Shown here one piece after another: positions 13,098 to 27,030 of a stretch of 64,000 nucleotides of DNA. Where the stretch lies: positions 129,704,001 through 129,768,000 of the forward strand of contig OX597817.1 in NCBI GenBank assembly GCA_951406725.2. Direction: 5' to 3'. Position 1 is the stretch's first letter. Each line of letters opens with the position of its first letter. Both the position numbers and the translations under genes were made by a program. The stretch comes from Octopus vulgaris (taxonomy: Eukaryota). A model generated the notes under the pieces. The model saw nothing but the letters and a program-made list of their open reading frames with translations. It was not told the DNA's origin and did no database searches.

Positions 13098-14399
13098 TTG
13101 ATTCATTCAAATGGCGCCGAGAAAGCTATAAGACATTGCACTGACATTCAGCTCTGTTTGCTCGCTTACAACGGAAACAAGTGTAATGCAATGAAAATGC
13201 GTACGTAACGCTTGTTCCTTTGACATTCATTAAATATGTATGTGTGTATGTGTCTGTGTGCATGTGTGTATGAGTGTGTGTATGCATGTATGTGTGCATG
13301 TGTATATATCCGGATATGGATTGGATGGCGTATGTTCACTATAAGTCGAATGCTTTAGCATGACCTCTCCATCAGCCACGGTGTGATGTGTAGGCCGAGA
13401 ATTTGAGCTTGAAACCAGACTGGCTTGATGAGCCAACTCTGCCACTCTGGGTCGACCTGGCTTGGCAGAGGGGATGCAGTTTTTATACTTTTACCCGGTC
13501 TGTTTAGTTCATTCTATCTTTCTGTGGTGCGTATCCTTATCTGCGCATGCGTTTGCGTCTGTAGCTGTGTGCGCGTGTCTATATGTTTAGCATGTGTTTT
13601 ATGTGCGTGTATATGGGTTTGATTACTACACTGCTTGTACCCATGTCTTTTATTTAGTTATTTTTTATTCGTTTTTTTACTAATATATTTATTTATTCGT
13701 TCATTCGTTTTTTCCCATACCGCCTTTAGTATGTGCAGGTGTGTCTTGTGTGTATGGGTTTATGTACTATACTCTTTGTATCTATGTCTTTTTTCTTCTT
13801 CTCTCACTCTGTCTCTAGTGGTCAGGTTGCGTAGTGTTGTGGAGCGGAAGGGTATTATTATTCCATTCGTGTTTTCTGTTGAGGTTCGATCTGTCTATTA
13901 CTATGTGTGTGGTTTCTGTAATCTGTCTAAGAGTCATGTCTCACTATCTGTTGATAATATCTTAATATCATTGTTATTAACTGAGCCCCCATATTCTAAT
14001 TAACGAGCTTTTCTCATAGAGCCTCCGCCAGTCTTCACCTATTTGCTCCCCTAAGTTATATGCTGTCTCCGCAATGTATGTTGTCCTGCTTTTGTACCGT
14101 CCCTCAGTATACTATAGACTATATTCCTAATTTTACAGTTTACCTGTGGGTTCATCCTTTATACTAATTTTTTGCACATACATGTATAAAAATATACATA
14201 ACTTTTGAAGCACACATTCTAACACATATGCACTCACATGCCAACACACCCGCAGACACAGACGCCACACACATATAGACACACATAGATATATATACTT
14301 AGAGCTACACACATGCACACACATTTGACACAACTCATCAGCATACACGGACATTTACAAGCACAAATACTCGTGTGCTAACACACACATATATGCACA

Positions 14400-14439
<40 letters not shown>

Positions 14440-14770
14440 CACACGCTCTCAGCTGATAAAATCTGGCAGAAATTCAAAATGTCGAACTGCGAATAGAAAC
14501 GGCGTCCATTCCTACATAAACAATATTCTGTTACCCAATTTCTGTTGCCACCCACAATCTAATACAATAACTACTATACGAGTCAGTTTTGGAATCGCTT
14601 CGTGGCCACCCATCCATCTAGAAATAACAGACTAATTGCCCTCGAATCGCATCCCTACACTTTAGGTTGCTTCAACATAGAGAGTGTGGTGATCAAAAAA
14701 CAAGACATGGTGGTCACTGGTGGAAACACTTTGATCATATAGATCTGATCAATCAAGGTTAACCTGTGGC

Positions 14771-14940
14771 TAAACCACCACTACCACCACCACAACAACA
14801 ACAACAACAACTACTACTACTACTACTACTTCCACCACCAAATGCAACTTTTAGCGCTGTTGCTGCTACCAACTACCACCACCACCACCACCACCACCAC
14901 AAGAACTACAACAACAACTCTACTACTGTTGCTGCTGCTG

Positions 14941-14979
<39 letters not shown>

Positions 14980-14980
14980 A
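14771..14980. repeat. Compound trinucleotide repeat (CAC/CAA/CTA/GCT)
   Basis: Directly visible. Confidence 0.9.
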
Positions 14981-15611
14981 CCCTTGTGTTTCACATGGTA
15001 ATAAGGCCATTAAATGTTGACTTGTATCTACTCTGTATATGTAACTGTCACTAAATTAGCCAGCGAGGGCCACTCCCTTTGTCGATATTTTCCAACACTG
15101 CCAAACATTTCTCATAGTTAGTCTGTTAGTCGGTTGAAGTTATAAGGTCAGCGTCATAATTTCTTTATAATAACACCAGCTCGCTGGGTGGACGTGCGGT
15201 GGTTGTGTTAGTTGTAGTGATGGTGGTGGTGGTGGTGGTGGTGGTGGCGGCGGCGCTGTTGATTTTTGAGGGTAGTGTTGGTGTTGGTAGAGATACCAGC
15301 TGCTCGAGAAGTAATTCTAATGATCACATCGTTGCTATTATGCAAAAGTGTCTTAAGTCCAAAACGTTGCTTTTTTCAGAAAAGGAGAAAATAGTTTCAT
15401 CATTCCATAGCAAAACCGTTGTAGTACACTTTGACAATTTTTGATATTTTGGCATCCGAAACAGCTGGAGATATGATAGTTTGACCAAAAGAACCGACTA
15501 ATGCAAGCAAAAATAAATACTGAAAAAATTGCATTTGGTCAAATTTGGACATACGATAGTTTAACATAATAACAACAACATATATTTGCTTTGAGTTTTT
15601 CTTTCTATCTG

Positions 15612-15659
<48 letters not shown>

Positions 15660-15690
15660 CTGTTGCTGTGGTTAATATTAAAGGGCGAAG

Positions 15691-15903
15691 GAAGGCGACG
15701 AGCTGACAGAATCAAAAGCACGCCGGGCGATATGATTTGCGACATTTCGTCTACCTTACCCTTCTGATTTGAAATTCCACCGAAGTCGACTGCCTTTCAT
15801 CCTTTCGGAGTCGATAAAATAAGTACCAGTTGAAAATTGGAGTCGACATAATCAACTCATCCCCACGCCCGGACTTGCTGGCCTTGTGCCAAAATTTGAA
15901 ACC
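15691..15903 (+). mobile_element. SINE family B (Meta-domain-like)
   Basis: AAGGCGACGAGCTGACAGAATC head, GCCTTTCATCCTTTCGGAGTCGATAAAATAAGTACCAG core, GTGCCAAAATTTGAAACC tail. Confidence 0.8.
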
Positions 15904-15920
15904 ACTATAAGAGGGTAAAA

Positions 15921-16114
15921 GAAGGTGGCGAGCTGACGGAATTGTAAGCACGCCAGGCAAAATGCTTAGCGTTCTGAGCTAAATTCTGCCGAGATCGACT
16001 TTGACTTTCATCCTTTCGGGGTCGATAAAATAAGTGCCAGTTGAGCACTGGGGTCATTGTAACCGACTTATCCTCTCCCTTGAAATTTCTAGCCTGGTGC
16101 CAAAATTTGAAACC
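15921..16114 (+). mobile_element. SINE family B (second tandem copy)
   Basis: Same head, core and tail as 15691-15903. Confidence 0.8.
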
Positions 16115-17372
16115 ATTATTAGTAGTAAATGGGATGTAATTGGTTAGGAGGACTTTAAAGCATCGGAAAAAATGCTTTGCTGTATTTGTTCCGGCTGTTT
16201 ACGTTGTGTGTTCAAACCGAATTCAACTTCATCACTTGCGTTAATCCTGAAAACTTCCTTCAGAATTTTTCAGATATTGTTTGTAACATTGGCTTTTACT
16301 TTTGTATTAAATGCGTTTACAATTGTTTCTGCAGTCCTTTGCATAGCTGTGTTCAATAATGGAGATATACTTTCCTCCACCACTGGTTGTTATTAGTTTT
16401 ACATAGCCACAATTCAATTCTGATCAAGCAAAGGAATGCTATGGCATTTCTATACATTTTTCAGGTATAGTATACCGCAGACTTTATTAACCAACCTGAT
16501 ATTTCGTTTTTTTCTGACACATGGCGGTGATCTCCTGCTGCTGTTCCCAAGAGGTCGAACGAACTCGAAAGCAAGTAGCAGAAAAGTAAGAAACCAGATT
16601 GTTGACAGGCAAGGCCGAAATTTGCATTTTGTCCGTCGCTTCACCGATTTTACTCACGTAAGGTTTAATCATAATTCATTTAAATCATTGTACTACCACC
16701 CGCTTGGTTTTCTGGGAAGGAAAATTTTTCCATTCCTCAATTTCTTTTGAAGTATATAAATCTTTGTGACACAGAATCATTTATCGGTCGATAGATTTCA
16801 ATACCTTAAACCTTTTTGAGACTGAACAAACTCAAGGGACAATGTCTCGACAAAACCAGAAACGCTATTGTTATATAGGATTAAGCATTTGTTTGCACTA
16901 AAACAACTTCATTCTCCTTCGTTTACACTTTTCACCTCCTCCACCCACAAGAAACATAATAGGCGAAACGCGCCACATATGGAAAGTAAGCAATACTTTT
17001 TAATATGATTCTATAATCAATAGCAGTGTACTCTGCTTGTGTAAACTATAAATAGCGGTTTATTTTCATGCTGCATCACAAACTATTGTACTGTATCATA
17101 CAATATTATTACTGCATTACATTGACAGAAACACAAAACAAACAAAACAAACGAGAAAACTGTTTAAAGAGGAAATGTCATTTCCTCTACAATTCACCAA
17201 TATTATATTATTTCTAACGTGAATATTAAAACTTCCCGCCTTTCGTCGAAATCGTAATGGACACTAATGCTAAGTGAATTGTTAACGAACTACCATAAGG
17301 ACGTATTGCTTGCGTTTGCATAAACCATTGTGTAATAATATGCGACAATAGACGAATGCCCACAACACACAC

Positions 17373-17522
<150 letters not shown>

Positions 17523-17771
17523 CTGTTGGCCTTTGTGTGTGAGTGTATGTGCGCGCGCGCGTGTGTGCGTGTATGTCTAATTATAAATGAAATAAGCATT
17601 GTAGCTTGCTCGAAACATTGTGATAAAGAAGCAACATAGCAAATAATACAGACGGAGAGCATCTTACAATGCGTTCCTTTTTTGCATTGTAAGACGCTCA
17701 CCGTCTTGATTATTTATTGTTACGTAATCACACACACACAAACACATGTGTATGTATATATACATATAAAT

Positions 17772-17823
<52 letters not shown>

Positions 17824-17889
17824 GAATATGAGTATGTATATATACGTATGTATATATATATATGTATATATATATGTGTATATACATAC

Positions 17890-17988
<99 letters not shown>

Positions 17989-18076
17989 TGTATATATATA
18001 TATATATAGTATATATATATATGTATGTATATAAATATATATATTGTGTAGATATTTCGAAATGATATCTACAGTG

Positions 18077-18390
18077 AAGGCGCATGGCTCAGTAGTTAGA
18101 ACGTCGAGCTTACGATCGTGAGGTTATGAGTGTTGTGTTCATGAGCAAGACACTTTATTTGACGTTGCTCCAGTTCACTCAGCTGTAGAAATGAAATGCG
18201 ACGTCACAAGTGCCAAGCTGTATCGGCCTTTGCCTTTCCCTTGGATAACACTGGTTGCGTGGAGAGGGGAGGCTGGTATGCATGAGCGGCTGGTGGTCTT
18301 CCATAAAAGAACAACCTTGCCTGGACTTGTGCTTAGGAGGGTAACTTTCTAGGTGCAATCCCATGGTCATTCATGACCGAAGTGGGTCTC
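18077..18390 (+). mobile_element. tRNA-derived SINE family C, B box deleted
   Basis: AAGGCGCATGGCTCAGTAGTTAG A box and tRNA-like head, then TGTGTTCATGAGCAAGACACTTT...CTCCAGTTCACTCAGCTGTA core. Confidence 0.65.
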
Positions 18391-20002
18391 ATCATTTCGA
18401 AATATATCATTCACTCCATCTATACTTAGTTTTTCGCTACGTGCAATCATTCTGGCGGCAAAACAACCCCCCCCCCACACACACACACACACACGCACAC
18501 ACATACGCACACACACGCACACACACACACACATACACATGCATGCACGCACTGGCCCTCACGTGGATGCGCTCATACACACACTCATATACGGATGCAC
18601 ACACACACTCGCACATACACACTCACTCGCACATACACACACATGTATATGTCGTCATCATTTGTTCTTTTTTGTGTCCTAAAATGTCAATTCCTTCCTG
18701 AGTGACTCGCCCATGTTGATGACGTTGACTGAGAAGGCTAACCTTCACATAAAATAGGAGGGAACAAAGATGGCAAAAAAGATATGATAGAAAACATGCT
18801 TATTGTTGCTGCATGTTGCGTTCTTCGTTTTTTCTTCAACTTCACGTTTACCTTTTACTTAAAAAGGGTTGAGAAGCTGTGTTTTACAAAACAGAAAGGA
18901 CATGGTTAATTAGAAAGTGATAATTGCAAGTCATTAATGAAACTGTGAAAATCTGTGAAACATTACAGAAGTTTAGCATGCAAGTTTAGACAAGCAAACA
19001 TATGTATAATACATATGTATATGTATATATACACATACATCAAAACATACATATTCAGGCAGTGGCATGCATGCGTACACTCAAAGATGTGTAGATGCAT
19101 ACATACATGTAGGCATATATACATAGATACATAAACACATACATACAGACATCCAAAGATGCACACATATATGCATACATATATACATGCATGCATACAT
19201 TTTCTATACAGCTAAATTTGACATGGCCGGGTCTTTCTTGTCTTGGGATTCACGGTCAAACGGCAAGAATTGCGCAAAAAATTACACAGATGTCTAGAAT
19301 GACCCGGTGGTGATGCTGGGCTTTGTATTTTTTCATAGCTCCCATGGTTACCAAGACAATCTGCTATAATAATACTCTTGTGTTTATGAATGAGAAAGGA
19401 AGGGGTGATAGATGAATAAGGAAGGAAGGGGGTGATGTCATACTTTGTAGTGGGATGATGAAAATTGTACGTTGAAGAAAATAAATCAAACAGCGATTCA
19501 ACTCTGTGTGAATATATGTGTGTATGTAAAATGGTGTATGTGAATGTGTGTGCGTGTGTGTGTGTTTGTGTGTGCGTGTGCGTGTGCGCGCGTAATGGAA
19601 GTGGGACTGTTCATCTTTGCTAAGTATTTGGGTTTATTTTTTGATTTGGTTAAATCTTGTTATTTTTGTTGGTCAGTTATTTTTAGCGTTTTGACAGAAA
19701 AAAGTCATTCTAAAATTGTTTTTTAACGTAAGCGTGCCCAAACAAGTCGAATGCTTACACAGAGCAAGTTTTACAGCCACATCATTCAAACCGACCGGGT
19801 GAAACCAGTCTTAGCATCATCATTGGCATTTCTCATTGTAAACAGTTTGATTCCATTGAACTTATCTGTTACTTTCTCGATGGGTATTGCAGCTAACTTT
19901 GATCTAAAAGAAACCTGGCAAATCTAAATAACTAATAATAACAATAACAATAACACTCACTCCATAATAACAATATCATATAAAATAAAACAATTTCAGT
20001 GC

Positions 20003-20037
<35 letters not shown>

Positions 20038-20050
20038 GAGACAGTGAATA

Positions 20051-20448
20051 TCTACTACCTATGTGGAAAATCGGTGTGTGTTTGCTTGTGGCGTTGTTAG
20101 CTAACTCCTCCAACATCGTTTTATTGATTTTGATGAAACTTGACACGTGAGTAGAACTCATGTCTGGAAAGCTCGTGACATACTTAGATTGTTGAAAAAA
20201 TCGATAATACGGCCCCTGGAAGGGACCTTTATATCTACCTCATACAACTAATTTTTTTAAACACTTGCTATTGGTGATAGTTTTGTTATCTTTAGGTGAG
20301 ATTTAAAAAAATTAAAACTAGAAGAACCCGTATATACACATACTTATAGTTAGACATGACGGAAGATGATTTGTACAAAGTAAGTATACCCGCTATCTTG
20401 TATCAGAAGGCGCATATCTAGTGCGGTCAGGGCACTCATTTTATCTAG
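20051..20448 (+). mobile_element. Non-autonomous Helitron
   Basis: A|TC 5' end, subterminal hairpin AGTGC-GGTCAGG-GCACT (20420-20436), CTAG|T 3' end 8 nt later, no TSD. Confidence 0.6.
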
Positions 20449-20559
20449 TTTTACGCTGGGTCAATGGAAACAGAAAGCTGTGGCAGACGATTTCTCTGCA
20501 GCCATTAAAAAAAAATGAAGAAAAAAACAAAGAACTTTTAATTTTGCCGCTCTCGTGCT

Positions 20560-20825
20560 TTCATCACCACCATCACTACCATCACCATCATCACCATCAC
20601 CAGAAGCACTCCTTTACCACCATCACCAACAACACCACCACCAGCACCATCACCAACATCATCACCGTCAAACAACTACTATCAACACCACGGCCATCAT
20701 CATCACCATCACCACCACCACCACCACCACCACCATCAGCACCACCACCACTACCACTTTCATCACCGTCACCGCCAGCATTCCCGTCACAAAAGCAATT
20801 ATCTACACCAGCACTTCACAACAAC
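20560..20825. repeat. CAC/CAT/CAA low-complexity trinucleotide mosaic
   Basis: Directly visible. Confidence 0.85.
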
Positions 20826-21589
20826 GGCATGACCTGGGAATTAAACGAAATGCGCACATCATCATACACACAACATTAAATACCCACGGAAAACATTGCC
20901 AACTCGAACACAATGCAAATTTGCACATGCGCACGCACACGTCCACACAGTCACACAAACATACACATACACACACATACAAAACTATAAGTATGTAGGA
21001 TATATACACACATAATTTCTGCATATATGCCACCGGCATATGGCTGTGGATAGTTGAAAGTTACACTAAACTAAGATATATAAACATACTGGGTATTTAT
21101 AGTTAAAAACATATGGTGAAGTTCGGTCCTTTAAGGTGTATATGTATGTGTTTATATACACAGACACACACGCACACATAATGGGTGTGTATATACATGT
21201 TCACACACGTCCTTACACTTACAGCTATAATGTCAGGGAGTGTGTGTTTATTAATAACAATGTACTCAATACAGATTTAAGGGTGAAATCAGCCAAACAC
21301 ACATACATATACATATATGTGCATTTGTAGCTTTATCGCTATGTACCTATCTGTCTCTGTCTGAACTTTTAATATTTTCATTATTCATACCTGTTTCAAT
21401 AGGTAGTCTGGACGTAACAGTTGTTCAACCTGTACTTAAGCCGTTGTAACACTTTGTCAAGTAGAGTACTATATCAGTAGTATAAAGTTACAACTTGGTC
21501 TGGTCTTCACTTTTATTATTATTGTACTTTAAAAAAAATTACAACGTTGAAGTGTGTTAAACATTTAAGAAAATATTTAGTAATGTTCA

Positions 21590-22255
21590 TAAAGTTCAAT
21601 TGGCGCTTTCATACGTTCATAGTAATCATCAGAGTTTAAAATGTATTGACTGACAGTTGAGTTGAGTTCTTGGTAACTGTAGTGAAATGACTGACTTCTT
21701 CCTTTTTATACCTTTTAGAAAGCTCCGACAAGCTGAATTTTTCGAATACGGTTTTGATCTATTAGCATGCAGCTTAAACGTCACGGTTTGTCAGGCGCAC
21801 CGATATTACTGGTATAGGTCCCGCTATTATTTTAACCAGCTAGCTTGCAGTTTACATGTAATGGTTTTATGAGTTGGTTTTGATCGTTTTCATTTCAATC
21901 GGTGGGAGTCTCCTGTAATTTGTTTATATTCATATATTAAAGATATTTTTTGATACACATCATTAACTGATTGCTATACTATTGTTGTTATTTCTGTTCA
22001 GAACAGGTTTGAACATTTTAGTGAAACGTTTTGCTTTTATTTTTCTTCCAACCTCACTTGTGTCAAGTAGTTTGTGGAAAGGAAAAATTAGAAACGCTTT
22101 CTGATCACATGTTTCTATATGTTCGCTCAATGGAGTTTGGCGAACATTAGTGTTCCAGATTTGTTGTCTGTGAACTCGTGAGCGTTCTGATAATGCATTC
22201 CCTGTCTCGTCAATGTATAGTCCCTCGCAATTAGGGCATTTAATGCAGTAAATAC
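21590..22255 (-). mobile_element. Penelope-like element 3' fragment: GIY-YIG endonuclease plus downstream pLTR-like region
   Basis: ORF 21963-22274 reads IYCIKCPNCEGLYIDETGNALSERSRVHRQQI...PLSEH...RKIK...FKPVLN, the PLE GIY-YIG with CxxC insert (YIGET mutated to YIDET). CTGATGA..GAAA motif downstream at 21600-21635. Confidence 0.8.
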
Positions 22256-22339
22256 AAATAACAGGACATAACAACAGGTGTTTTTCGACTAAGGGCGAAT
22301 TAAATTAAGCTGGCGTGTGTGGAAGCAAAGCCTGTGTGT

Positions 22340-22396
<57 letters not shown>

Positions 22397-23290
22397 CAAA
22401 GGAGTAAAGAAACAGATTTTCCCCATTTTTTTTTACATACAAACGCTAATAAAACAACGCACCTATCCACATGTATCACAACTATACACACTTTTTGTTT
22501 CAATTATAAGAACTACAAAAGAACCTTGATGCTCTACCGCCATAAATGTTTTCCTTTATTGATTTTTCTGTTTATACATTCTAATTTGCCGTAATTTCGT
22601 GGTCGAATTAAATATAAATACATGGAACTGTGAAAAATGTTAATGTTAGATGAAATGTAACTAAAGTGCATAAATTAACACCCTTTCAGCGTGTGTGTCG
22701 ATCCTCATGTCGCTCATATCTTACCTCTCTTCTCTCCCCTCTCTCCTCTCCCTCCCACAACTCTACTGTCATCCTTCTCTGAGTTGATGCCGTTGCTAAG
22801 AAGACATATTGTAGACACGTTACAAAAGCAAACACGCGTTGATTTAGTGCACTAAGGGTCGTGTAAATCACGTGTTAAAATGGCGGTTGAATCCCAGCTT
22901 GAGAATATAGGCCGTGACGTTCGTGCTAAGCGGAAGTCCTTCATATAGATCATTCTTCCGCATCGCCACACAACTGTGTACGAATTCATATTCATACTAT
23001 TTATTCAAACATGCACACATCTTATACAAACTCAGACTCAAACGCATACACTGCACACAAGCATAAATATACATATAAATACACGCATATACATGGTCAC
23101 TCATTCATACACATATGTTAACTCACAAACACATTTGTCTCTCTTTTCATTGGTATACGCATCCGTATTTACACACAAACACACATGCTGGAGTATAGAT
23201 ACAAAAAACTCATCCATCCATCTACCCATCCATACATCCATCCATCCATCCACCCATCCATCCATCCATCCATCCATCCATATCTCTCTG

Positions 23291-23347
<57 letters not shown>

Positions 23348-24481
23348 TTATCTATGGTGAAGCAAACAAGAAAAACAAAACTAAAAATATGAGTACATAT
23401 ATATTTTTATTAATATTTAGCAGAAGCAACAGAGCGCCTCTTTTCGATATAGATAGACAGATAGATATATATAGGTAAATATAGATAGATAAATAGGTAA
23501 AGATAGACAGAGTCAGTCTATGGGGTTGGCATGGGTTTCACGTTCATAAAGCACTTAGCTTTCCAGCGTTTCTTCAGACCCTAAATCTGATGGACTATGA
23601 TCTCTTTAGCAAGTGGTCTCTCTAGAAAAAAATAGACCGGCCATATCTATCTTTATCGGTATACTCTACTGCTCTATAACTTAAGTCCCTTCTTTTTCGG
23701 GTTTATGATTTACTCACGATATAAATATATGTGTGTGTGTGCGCGCACAAACAAGCAAAAAGAACGTAGCTCGGATAACGGACAGAATTAACGACTATTG
23801 AAAAGGTTGCAAGACGCAACGAAGATTTTAGGAAAAAATAAATAAATAAATGAGTGGAAACTTTACCGGTGAGAGTGTTAAATAATAAGGCACTAAAAGA
23901 GAATGACTCTCCCAAGACACAATAAAATATGCTTCAACACACGAACTCACATAAAGAATCTTGCAAATCAAATCCAAAAACGAAGTATGTATATATATTA
24001 TATGTGTGTGTGCGTGTGTGTGTGTGTGTGTGTAAGTAGGTATAAGTTAGAGGTGTTTAAAACTTGTAAGGGATGATTAAATCCAAAGGCGCTCCTGGTG
24101 ATTACCTGCGTTGGTAGAGTCCTTGGTCAAAGGTATACGGTAGCAGGTAATTCAGCGGGTAGACCGTAATTTAAATTATATGCAAGAAGAAAATGGAGGG
24201 AAAATAACAGGAAGAAGTTCTTATCAACTAAGAAATCTACTATAATGTAAGACTCACCATTCTTTGTCTTTATTCTCGTTACCAATATATCCCTATGTCT
24301 TTCGCTCTTCTTACCTCTACATATGATTCTGCATTCTAATGATGTCTACCACTACAACTGGTAAAGAGAAACGATCGTAAATGTACTATTACTACCACTT
24401 TTCTTTATTAATTAATTAAATAAATGGCTTACTAGCACAAACGACCAACTTCTTCCTGTTATTTTTCCTCCCTTTTATTCT

Positions 24482-24549
<68 letters not shown>

Positions 24550-25419
24550 CGTGTGTGCCTATGTATGTATGTATGTATATACACATATACACACACACAC
24601 ATGCACACATGCACACTCATACACGGACACACACACATATATTAACAACTAGCGTTGATTTATTCGACTAAACACTTCAAGACAGTGCTCCAGAATGACC
24701 GCAAGAAAATGATAAATGATAAAAGATAACCACAGTACTTAATCCTTCCTCACCACAAATAGCACCTCACCACCGCTTCACAGCTGTACATAACTTCAGC
24801 ACTATTTCACTACACCACTGCGCATAGAAGTAATATCATAACATCACCTCTACATTCCAACTACATTCCGCTACATTACATATAACTACAGAACTATATC
24901 ATTACACGATTAAACATAGCCATTGCGTTAAATAACCGCACCACCAAAGGGTAACCACACATGCTACATCGCTATAAAATATATGTATCTTCAATTTATC
25001 TCCAATGTAACACAACTCAACTTCTCACATTCCATTATGTCAAAGCAGCGGGTTTCTCTGTCATTTTTCGCTGAAGGGGAAAATCACTTCTGCAGAATGT
25101 TCAATTCTAAAGTGTCTGTAAGATACAGAGTAGTACAGAATCACTTTAGTCCAATCGTACTGGGACAATTTACGTAAGAAACAGTAGATGTGCGGTGGGG
25201 AAGTATGAAAATAGATAGAGTGTAAGATTTAGGAAAACAAGAATTGGTTTAAACGGGGAAATTATATCACTACCATTACAAGTGTGAGCACTTGCAGGGA
25301 TGGGTAGGAAGATATGAGTGCAATGTTGAACCATTAACGACGATGTAACACTATGTTCTGGATTGTTTCATGGCTTTTAATGTCGATTTGAGTCTATTTC
25401 AACTGCATGAGTGTATGTA

Positions 25420-25473
<54 letters not shown>

Positions 25474-25928
25474 AAAGTCTATGAGAATTACTTAATACAG
25501 TTTTTGAAGTGTAAAGGTGATTTCTTTAAAAAAATTATTTTTCAAAAGAACGTTATGAAATTTTTATAAGGATTTTAATAACCATTTTTGGCAAGAAGTT
25601 TTTTTTACTAATATGTGAGTTCTTTCGTTTAACCTATATATATATATATATAATAACAAGATGTGTGTGTATCATAAAAAGAAAGAAGAAAAAATGGCAG
25701 ATCAAAGAATATTATGTCAGGAGATCTATCTGACAACATAAAGAAAGAATTATAAAGGGAGAAAATATTGGGATATGTAAAAGTATCACAATTACAATAT
25801 CTTATGAAAATAGAGTATAATTATTAGGCTAATTGTATTTTATAAAGGAATAGATTGTAAGTTGCTGTTAGAATTTTCTGGGTGAGAATGTAAATTGTTA
25901 TTTTCTTGTTTGAGAAGCTGATACTAAT

Positions 25929-26330
25929 GGCTTCAAATTTTGGCACCAAATGAAAGTTTGTTGATTACATCGACCCCTGTGCGTAACTTGTACGTATTTT
26001 ATCGAACTCCGAAAGGATGGAAGGTGAAGTCGATATCGGAGGAATTTTGAACTGAAAACATAAAAATGAACGAAATGCTACAAAACATTTTCTCTGGAGT
26101 ACAAACGATCCTGTCAGCTCACCGATAATATCGGTTTCAAATTTTGGTACATGGTCAGCAATTTCGGGGCAGCGCCTAAGTCGATTACATCGACGCCAAG
26201 ATTTAACTGGTACTTATTTTATCGATCCAAAATTATTAACAGCAAATTTGGCCTCGGTAGAATTTGAAATCAGAACGTAAATACGACGAAATGCCGTTAG
26301 ACATTTTGTCCAGTGGACTAACGATTCTTT
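25929..26330 (-). mobile_element. Two tandem family B SINE copies (25929-26124, 26133-26330)
   Basis: Each starts G(G/C)TTCAAATTTTGG and contains TCGAC...ACT.GTAC.TATTTTATCGA. Confidence 0.7.
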
Positions 26331-26374
26331 TCTACTGTAGGCACAAGACCCTAAATTTTGGGAGAGGGGGGCAG

Positions 26375-26687
26375 TCGATTGACCCCAGTACTTATTTTTT
26401 TGAGCCTGTTACCTACTCTGTCGGTTCTTTCGTCAAACCACTAAGTTACGGGACGTAAATACACTAACAACGGCTGTCGATCGGTGATAAGAGACAAACA
26501 TACACGCGCGCATACACACATACACACACACATACACGTATATATATATATACGACGGGCTTCCTTCAGCTTCCGTCTACCAACTTCACTCACAAGGCTT
26601 TAATCAGCCTGAGGCTACAGTTTCACGCAGCGGAACTAGACCCAGAACCATGTGGTTGGGAAGTAAACTTCTTATTACGCAGCCATA
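26375..26687 (-). mobile_element. SINE family A (partial)
   Basis: TAAGTTACGGGACGTAAA...CTCACAAGGCTTT...GAACCATGTGGTTGGGAAG. Confidence 0.7.
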
Positions 26688-26762
26688 GTATATTGTCAAC
26701 AAACTGATTAAGTGCTGGAAGGAGGTAATTTATAATAGATGTATAGGAATTATAGCTGGTGC

Positions 26763-27030
26763 AGCATGGCCGAATAGTTAAGAAGTTTGCTCGCAACCTC
26801 GAGGTTCCAAATTGGATCCCACGACGTAGCATCTTGAGCAAATGTCATTTTGTATAATTTCAAATTGCTCCATAACTTGAGAGTGAAACTGTAGCGCCAG
26901 AAATTGTACAGAAACCTGTCGTGAGATTCGTATCAGAAAGATAAAATGTACAACCTTCTCACACTGTGTCACTCTGATTCTACTCGAGAACCGAATTAAA
27001 GGCACGTGTGTCTTTGGAATACTCAGCTAG
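26763..27030 (+). mobile_element. Degenerate tRNA-derived SINE
   Basis: TGGCCGAATAGTTAAG A box. Its 3' part (TGTGTCAC.CTGA...TTAA.GG.AC..GTGTCT.TGGAAT.CTCAGC) is shared with 28775-29157. Confidence 0.55.

Noticed and set aside
16940-16980. CGAAACGCG as the 3' half of a hammerhead
   Set aside because: No upstream CUGANGA box.
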